This document shows, piece by piece, positions 42,933 through 47,883 of a stretch of DNA of 47,883 bases. The DNA lies in the IMG/VR virus record IMGVR_UViG_3300002092_000065, positions 1 to 47,883 of that record; one strand, 5' to 3'. The translations under genes were made by a program, and so were the position numbers. Under the pieces are notes generated by a model. The model was not told the origin of the DNA, ran no database searches, and worked only from the letters and a program-made list of their open reading frames with translations. The stretch is from a virus. Its lineage: Duplodnaviria > Caudoviricetes. Within the stretch, counting starts at the first letter, position 1. Every line of letters begins with the position of its first letter.

Positions 42933-43236
42933 GTTGTTGCTCCTGTAGTTTATAAAGTCTATTTAATTCCGCGTTTGCGTAAAACAAAATCTTTTTGATA
43001 TCTCGTATCTCAGGGCTATGTGCTACTTCGCCATATCGATAACAAGCTCTAAAGATTTCACCAATCTGTGCGTTCATATTTTTAGCACCGATTAAGTCTT
43101 GTAACTCAGTAGATCCCTTAGGCAATTCATAATAGCTTGCTGTTGATCCATCTGATTGTTCTTTTGGCACCCAACCTAATGGTCGGTTCCTAGCCATCAT
43201 ATCCCACTCTGCTGGTGTAATATCATCTAAACTCAT
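42925..43236 (-). CDS. DUF3310-like protein
   Basis: DGSTASYYELP..GEIFRACYRYG..RDIKKILFYA. Confidence 0.5.
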   Translation of the reverse strand: MSLDDITPAEWDMMARNRPLGWVPKEQSDGSTASYYELPKGSTELQDLIGAKNMNAQIGEIFRACYRYGEVAHSPEIRDIKKILFYANAELNRLYKLQEQQHG

Positions 43237-43553
43237 AGCCCTAACTCCTTCTTAATAATCTCTAAGCCCCTAGCGAAATGATATCGCCAATATTTCTCGG
43301 TGACAGACACATCACTAAATGTCAAGCCATCAAGATAAGCTTCTAGTATAAACTGTTGTTTAGGTTCAAGTCTAGCAATAATTTTTCTAATGTCCGCTAT
43401 GTCTTCAGGATCCCAAGGATTCCAGCCCTCAATCATGATGATAGATAGGCTTGCATCCTTGGAGTCATCGCGCTCCATAGTATCCAACTCTTCATCACTG
43501 AGCCTTGGACTTACAGCAAATACTTCGTGTTCTAATATGGGTGTTTTTGTCAT
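43233..43553 (-). CDS. sigma70 region-4-like HTH protein
   Basis: IIARLEPKQQFILEAYLDGLTFSDV resembles ECF sigma region 4; start moved to ATG 43553 downstream of promoter motif. Confidence 0.45.
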   Translation of the reverse strand: MTKTPILEHEVFAVSPRLSDEELDTMERDDSKDASLSIIMIEGWNPWDPEDIADIRKIIARLEPKQQFILEAYLDGLTFSDVSVTEKYWRYHFARGLEIIKKELGL

Positions 43554-43561
43554 GGTGCCTA

Positions 43562-43571
43562 TACTAATGCA
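43562..43571 (-). promoter_or_regulatory. phage promoter core without GGGCG element
   Basis: TGCATTAGTA; ATG 8 nt downstream. Confidence 0.55.
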
Positions 43572-43581
43572 CAAAATCTAC

Positions 43582-44919
43582 CTAAACCTTCAAATAATCT
43601 AAAATTAAATTTTGTAAATCGATTTTACCGGTTAGAATCTTAACTACATGCTCATCTACGGTATCCTGAGCAATCAAATGGTGAATTATTACTGGAACAT
43701 TTTGCCCTTGTCTTGCAATCCGAGCATTCCCTTGGAGATACAATGAGGAACTAAAAAACAAATCAAACCAAACAACATGCGCCATTTTAGCAATATTGTT
43801 TTGTAAATTTAAACCCTCTCCGATACTGGCAGGATGTCCTATCAACATTTTAATTTTTCCAGCTTTCCAATCCGCAATTGATTTCTCAGTAACTAATTGC
43901 GCATCTGGAAATGCTTCTTGTATACGCGTTACTGAATGTTTAAAATTATAAAACAACAATACTGGCTCATCATTGGATTCCAATAATTCGGTCAACAAGT
44001 CAATCTTATCACTGTGAACGGGGACAATCTCTCTATTTTCATCATAAACTGCCCCGCTAGTCACCTGCAATAGCTTTGTAATTGCAGCGGCAGCGTTTAC
44101 AGCCGTTATTTGTTGTCCCCCTAGCTCAGATACTAAATCTTTTTTTAAATCGTCGTAGGCACCCTTTATATCGTTCGATAATTTAATTTCGTGATAAATT
44201 GGAATTTCTTTTGGTAAAGTCAGATAATCTTTGGCCTGCATAGAAAATGCAATATCACTAATTTTGTTTGTGATTTCTTCCATGGCTTTAGGTTTGGCTT
44301 TGTAGGAATAAATCATTCCTGTATGCCTATTTCTTTGATCTGGATCCATGTACTTATCTCTAAATCGTGTAAGTGACGTTTCTAGTCTGGATCCTTTATC
44401 AAGAAGCCCAATCTGACTCCATAAATCACTAACTTCGTTGGGTGAGGGTGTCCCTGAAAGTAACATGATATTGTAATCTTTAGCTTTAACTTCTTTCTTT
44501 AAAATTTTAAATCTTTGAGTGCTAGGACTTTTTAGTCGCGAGCTTTCATCAAAAATAATCTGATCGAACTGCTTGAATTTATCTAAGCCACTGAGCCAAG
44601 CAATGGATTCATAATTGGTAATGTAAATATCTGCTTTTTGATTAAGCGCTTCACGACGTTGCTTTTCCGTTCCAATTACTAAAGAATAGGTTAAATGGTT
44701 AAGATGCTCCCAGATCTCTATCTCTTTATGCCAAACATTTCGAGCCACTTGCAAAGGCGCCACAATAAGGGTTTGTTTAGGTTTTTTATTAGCCACAACT
44801 GAAAGCGCTATAGTAGTTTTACCTAACCCCATGGATAAATACAACGCACAAGATTTTAAACTGGAAGCTTTTTCAATTATATCAAGTTGATACTGATGTA
44901 GTTGTGTCTTGTTTAACAT
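43582..44919 (-). CDS. SNF2-family helicase
   Basis: LHQYQ, MGLGKT, DESS, SGTP, GEGLNLQ, QGNARIARQGQ. Confidence 0.9.
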   Translation of the reverse strand: MLNKTQLHQYQLDIIEKASSLKSCALYLSMGLGKTTIALSVVANKKPKQTLIVAPLQVARNVWHKEIEIWEHLNHLTYSLVIGTEKQRREALNQKADIYITNYESIAWLSGLDKFKQFDQIIFDESSRLKSPSTQRFKILKKEVKAKDYNIMLLSGTPSPNEVSDLWSQIGLLDKGSRLETSLTRFRDKYMDPDQRNRHTGMIYSYKAKPKAMEEITNKISDIAFSMQAKDYLTLPKEIPIYHEIKLSNDIKGAYDDLKKDLVSELGGQQITAVNAAAAITKLLQVTSGAVYDENREIVPVHSDKIDLLTELLESNDEPVLLFYNFKHSVTRIQEAFPDAQLVTEKSIADWKAGKIKMLIGHPASIGEGLNLQNNIAKMAHVVWFDLFFSSSLYLQGNARIARQGQNVPVIIHHLIAQDTVDEHVVKILTGKIDLQNLILDYLKV

Positions 44920-45650
44920 TTAAGTATCCGTTTAAAAATATAGCCTTTGTGAGTTTTTTGTTTTCCATTTACACAAGCATAAACACATTGAGGATTAAAC
45001 CCAAGATTTATCATTTGATTTTTGCCTGCCAATTCAAATATTTCTAAAGTTTCAGGCAAAAAATATTGAATAGTTCCCTTAAAGTTGCTAGATTTTTCTC
45101 CTAAATGTGCTTGAGATATTTTAACTCGTGTTTCTTCACTATGAGTTCTGCCAGTGTTTATAATTCTTAATTTCTCTTTAGTTTCCTCACTGTGATTTTT
45201 ACCAGTGTTTATAATTCTTAATTTCTCTTTAGTTTCCTCACTTAATTTTTTCCCTTTTTGTGGACTAATATTACCCGTAAGAGTTTTAGAAATTTTTCTT
45301 TTAGTTTCTTCTGATACTGTAGTTCCCTTTCTATTTCCGGGTTTTCCTTTTTTAGCATTAGCCATTTTAATTTTAGATTCCTCACTATGTTTTAGTCCAC
45401 TAATACCTTCCCCTCCAATGGTTAAATTGCATAAATTATCTAACCAATTAATACAGTTCATCTCTTGTTTAAAAGTTTCTTGTTCTGAATCAAACTTAAC
45501 TAAAATCTCAATAGAGTATCCAGCTTTATTGACAATATTGTGCCAATGATTATTTCTATTTAATTTTGAATATGCTCGGTTGCCTTTACCTTTACCGATA
45601 TAAAAGATTTGATCTGTGTCATTGCGCGTATGCGCATAGATATAAAACAT
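44913..45650 (-). CDS. GIY-YIG homing endonuclease with NUMOD3 repeats
   Basis: FYIYAH..FYIGKG..R, E, NLTIGGEG; HSEETK repeats (51-bp period); start moved to ATG 45650. Confidence 0.85.
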   Translation of the reverse strand: MFYIYAHTRNDTDQIFYIGKGKGNRAYSKLNRNNHWHNIVNKAGYSIEILVKFDSEQETFKQEMNCINWLDNLCNLTIGGEGISGLKHSEESKIKMANAKKGKPGNRKGTTVSEETKRKISKTLTGNISPQKGKKLSEETKEKLRIINTGKNHSEETKEKLRIINTGRTHSEETRVKISQAHLGEKSSNFKGTIQYFLPETLEIFELAGKNQMINLGFNPQCVYACVNGKQKTHKGYIFKRILKC

Positions 45651-45737
45651 ATGATACTCCACATTAGTTAAGATAGTAGATAGGTGAGTCCTTGAATGTG
45701 GCAAGGACAGCGTTCTCGAGGCGTTGTCCCTATCTAC
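45651..45737 (-). ncRNA. structured 5' leader (three stems + loop/SD pseudoknot) of GIY-YIG gene, copy 3
   Basis: P1 GTAGATAGG/CCTATCTAC, P2 GACAACG/CGCTGTC, P3 GTCCTTG/CAAGGAC, loop CCACATT complementary to AATGTGG overlapping SD GGAG. Confidence 0.7.
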
Positions 45738-45740
45738 ATA

Positions 45741-45771
45741 TACTAATGCAAACTTTATTCAGTAAGCTCCC
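45741..45771 (-). promoter_or_regulatory. phage-specific promoter motif copy
   Basis: GGGAG at 45771 + N16 + TGCATTAGTA 45750-45741. Confidence 0.7.
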
Positions 45772-46027
45772 TAATAAGATCATCTACTTCTTCTTTAGAC
45801 CTTATTACCACGACCGGAAATCCGAGCTGCTCGAATTGTTGAAACATTATCTTCTGCCTCGGACTCACTTTTCCCTTTGCCGTTTTTAACTCTACCAACT
45901 GGATCATGTTTGGGAGCATCACTATCCTGTCGCACACTCCCGTTATCGAACTCACCCATTTCAGACATAGGCCATTCTTCTGTTTTACGCTTTTTACTAG
46001 ATACTGCTCGATCTCTTTTTCTAGCAT
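45755..46027 (-). CDS. VRR-NUC domain nuclease
   Basis: MLEKEIEQYL..CLKW..GVCDRI..VELK..G..SPRQ. Confidence 0.85.
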   Translation of the reverse strand: MLEKEIEQYLVKSVKQKNGLCLKWVSSITGVCDRIVMLPNMIQLVELKTAKGKVSPRQKIMFQQFEQLGFPVVVIRSKEEVDDLIRELTE

Positions 46028-46421
46028 GTTCTTTTCTTTCAATTAGGCTGGCCTTGTATACTTGCTCAACAAATGACTGCGTAATGTAGGCTCTAGTTTC
46101 ACCATAAAGGTCGTCTTCGCCAACGAAATGTCCAAGCTTTTCGACAGCGTGGCAAGCTTCGTGTGCTATAACGCCAATCCATGTGGATTCATCTTCATCA
46201 TCTTCGTAATCGCCCAAATTAAACACCATGATAATTAGACTACCTAGATGGGTATGAATGACATGTGTTTCCGCTTGGCCGTTTTCAAACGCACGGATAT
46301 TGACCGCCAGTTTGTTCTCATCAAAGATCTGCTGTAATGCCTCGTCACTAAAACAAAGGTACACAATCTGGGGAAAAAACCCTGTGTCGATTGAATAGTA
46401 TTTAGGCTTGACTGTTTTCAC
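45795..46421 (-). CDS. HExxH-containing hypothetical protein
   Basis: IAHEACHA..GETRAY; C-terminal part overlaps VRR-NUC in another frame. Confidence 0.55.
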   Translation of the reverse strand: MKTVKPKYYSIDTGFFPQIVYLCFSDEALQQIFDENKLAVNIRAFENGQAETHVIHTHLGSLIIMVFNLGDYEDDEDESTWIGVIAHEACHAVEKLGHFVGEDDLYGETRAYITQSFVEQVYKASLIERKEHARKRDRAVSSKKRKTEEWPMSEMGEFDNGSVRQDSDAPKHDPVGRVKNGKGKSESEAEDNVSTIRAARISGRGNKV

Positions 46422-46563
46422 TACGCGCCTCCATCATGGCATCAGCCAATTCGTAGCTATATTCTGCCAGCTCTTCATAGGTGATATCTCGTACGTTTGG
46501 GTTGCTAAGATGGCCATGTAATGACACCATGGCAAATAGATCTACTAATTCAATATCCTCCAT
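46402..46563 (-). CDS. small hypothetical phage protein (53 aa)
   Basis: Manual translation: DLFAM..AEYSYELADAMMEAR; GGAG RBS. Confidence 0.6.
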   Translation of the reverse strand: MEDIELVDLFAMVSLHGHLSNPNVRDITYEELAEYSYELADAMMEARSENSQA

Positions 46564-46705
46564 TTTTTCTCTCCATTGGTTTGGCTAGTAAGTACTTGTC
46601 ACCTAAGTATTCAAGTGCGGCTTTACGCTTCTCTGCGTAGACATCTGCTGTGTCTGTCTTCATGCCATAAAGGCATTTAATTATTGCTGAATTTTCAAAA
46701 AACAT
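46550..46705 (-). CDS. small hypothetical protein (51 aa)
   Basis: Manual translation; GAGG RBS; tight packing. Confidence 0.5.
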   Translation of the reverse strand: MFFENSAIIKCLYGMKTDTADVYAEKRKAALEYLGDKYLLAKPMERKNGGY

Positions 46706-46803
46706 TATATGTCCTCTCTAAGGTGGTGATATAGATCACTTAAGTAAAACCATAATATCACAAGTGGTAGCCAAAGTACAAACGTACACACTACAATAAT
46801 CAT
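46705..46803 (-). CDS. small membrane peptide
   Basis: MIIVVCTFVLWLPLVILWF.. (shortened from 46893 start). Confidence 0.4.
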   Translation of the reverse strand: MIIVVCTFVLWLPLVILWFYLSDLYHHLREDI

Positions 46804-46804
46804 C

Positions 46805-46987
46805 TTAGTCTTCAGAGATAGTTTCACGGACACGATACCTCCACATTGGTGGGTTGGAGCGGCGACCATATTCACGTCGCATCTCAAAGGCATTGTACCT
46901 AAAGAAAACCTCGTACTTTTTCATATGGTTACGGCGGGTCGATGCCATAACACCCTTGTAAAATCGTCGTCTAATTTGTAGCATCAT
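46805..46987 (-). CDS. small basic hypothetical protein
   Basis: 60 aa, GAGG RBS. Confidence 0.5.
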   Translation of the reverse strand: MMLQIRRRFYKGVMASTRRNHMKKYEVFFRYNAFEMRREYGRRSNPPMWRYRVRETISED

Positions 46988-47123
46988 GGTCTTTTTCCTC
47001 TGCTAATCGTTTTTCCAATGATGCCAGCATCATTTCACCAAAAGCCCACATACCTTCTCGATATGTTTTTCTAGCCTCTTCCAAGGATTTATTAAAGGAA
47101 TTTATATAATCTTCATCAGTCAT
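46971..47123 (-). CDS. small hypothetical protein (50 aa)
   Basis: Manual translation MTDEDYINSF..; GGAG RBS. Confidence 0.5.
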   Translation of the reverse strand: MTDEDYINSFNKSLEEARKTYREGMWAFGEMMLASLEKRLAEEKDHDATN

Positions 47124-47195
47124 ATAGTTTCACTCCAAGGGCTGTTCGGCTTGCTTTCCAGGTTCTTTCTAAGGCATCCCAAACGGCTTTGGTAT

Positions 47196-47378
47196 TTAAG
47201 ATCTAGATTCATGAACGTACTCCTCAAATGTGTCCCACAACTTGGCGATCTTCATTTCCCACACCAAGATCACTGCTTTGATGTGAGGATTGTCAGCCTG
47301 TTCATTGGCTAATCGCAAGTCTTCTAGTATATCAAACATCTTAATGATTTGTTGCTCTAAATCAAATCGGTCGCTCAT
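47196..47378 (-). CDS. hypothetical phage protein
   Basis: DRFDLEQQI..KLWDTFE. Confidence 0.6.
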   Translation of the reverse strand: MSDRFDLEQQIIKMFDILEDLRLANEQADNPHIKAVILVWEMKIAKLWDTFEEYVHESRS

Positions 47379-47602
47379 ACGTTAGGGTCTCCAGTAAAGT
47401 CTGCTTTGTTTAAGATTGGTTTATCAAGTGCCTCTTTCATGTACGCAAGTACACGATCCATCTCTTCCAAGTTACCGCCAAAAACTTCTGCGGCGCAGTG
47501 GCCATATGGATTGCCTTTGCGGTCGAAGTACACCTCGCGTATTTCAAAACTTGGCTCTTCCTCCGGATCTTGATCCATGTTTACAATTCTATAGCTCCAC
47601 AC
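47375..47602 (-). CDS. hypothetical phage protein
   Basis: MWSYRIV..FEIREVYFD..G.P. Confidence 0.65.
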   Translation of the reverse strand: MWSYRIVNMDQDPEEEPSFEIREVYFDRKGNPYGHCAAEVFGGNLEEMDRVLAYMKEALDKPILNKADFTGDPNV

Positions 47603-47774
47603 GTTTTTGCTCCTTCATAAACTTAAGTAGGTCGGTCAATTCGTCTTCTTTGATATTTGCTATTTCAAACATCCCGTTGTGGTGTGTTACTCTGACAAAT
47701 CCATGGCCAAACACTATCGCCTCTTGCATTGCATCAAATAGGGCTGATTGAATTATTGATACGGTATCATCCAT
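47589..47774 (-). CDS. hypothetical protein
   Basis: 61 aa, AAGGA RBS. Confidence 0.55.
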   Translation of the reverse strand: MDDTVSIIQSALFDAMQEAIVFGHGFVRVTHHNGMFEIANIKEDELTDLLKFMKEQKRVEL

Positions 47775-47883
47775 GATTCTTTTCCTTTATAAACTCTGCG
47801 TCTATTAGCTTTCCATCGTCATCAAAAGTAAACTTAATATTACTGTACGGCATTTGTTCTGTATGGATAGATGATATAAATCC
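47767..47883 (-). CDS. partial hypothetical protein (5' end outside window)
   Basis: Open frame ..NIKFTFDDDGKLIDAEFIK.. to TGA. Confidence 0.45.
   Translation of the reverse strand, partial: GFISSIHTEQMPYSNIKFTFDDDGKLIDAEFIKEKNHG

Noticed and set aside
1-47883. Alternative genetic code
   Set aside because: Genes are full length under code 11 and end in TAA, TAG and TGA; no suppressor tRNA.

Overview
Most of a lytic, podovirus-like tailed phage genome (no tape measure, integrase or repressor seen; no primase in the window, so the genome is probably incomplete, breaking at a 5' poly-T run). The + strand (344-34312) carries tRNA-Thr, a 23-aa pqqA precursor-peptide gene missed by the ORF track (Methylophilaceae-like, suggesting a methylotroph host), a free-standing intein/LAGLIDADG homolog lacking the usual catalytic residues, packaging and head genes (terL, portal, GroES, scaffold, major capsid), tail fibres, a two-gene moron, a lysis cassette (M15 endolysin, holin, nested Rz/Rz1), tail adaptor/nozzle and ejection proteins. 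The - strand (34313-47883) carries DNA polymerase A, tRNA-Gly, class II ribonucleotide reductase, a CysC-like kinase, DUF2815 SSB, DUF2800 nuclease, a terS-like gene, a sigma-region-4-like protein, SNF2 helicase and VRR-NUC. Five free-standing homing-endonuclease genes are present. The most notable non-annotated structure: (1) a bipartite phage promoter GGGCG-N16-TGCATTAGTA in about 10 copies, several giving leaderless mRNAs; (2) three copies of a covarying three-stem pseudoknot leader RNA whose hairpin loop pairs with the Shine-Dalgarno region of two HNH genes and one GIY-YIG gene; (3) further candidate structured RNAs; (4) a recurring [FYML]xxGG motif in putative internal virion proteins. 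All family calls come from motif recognition, not database searches.
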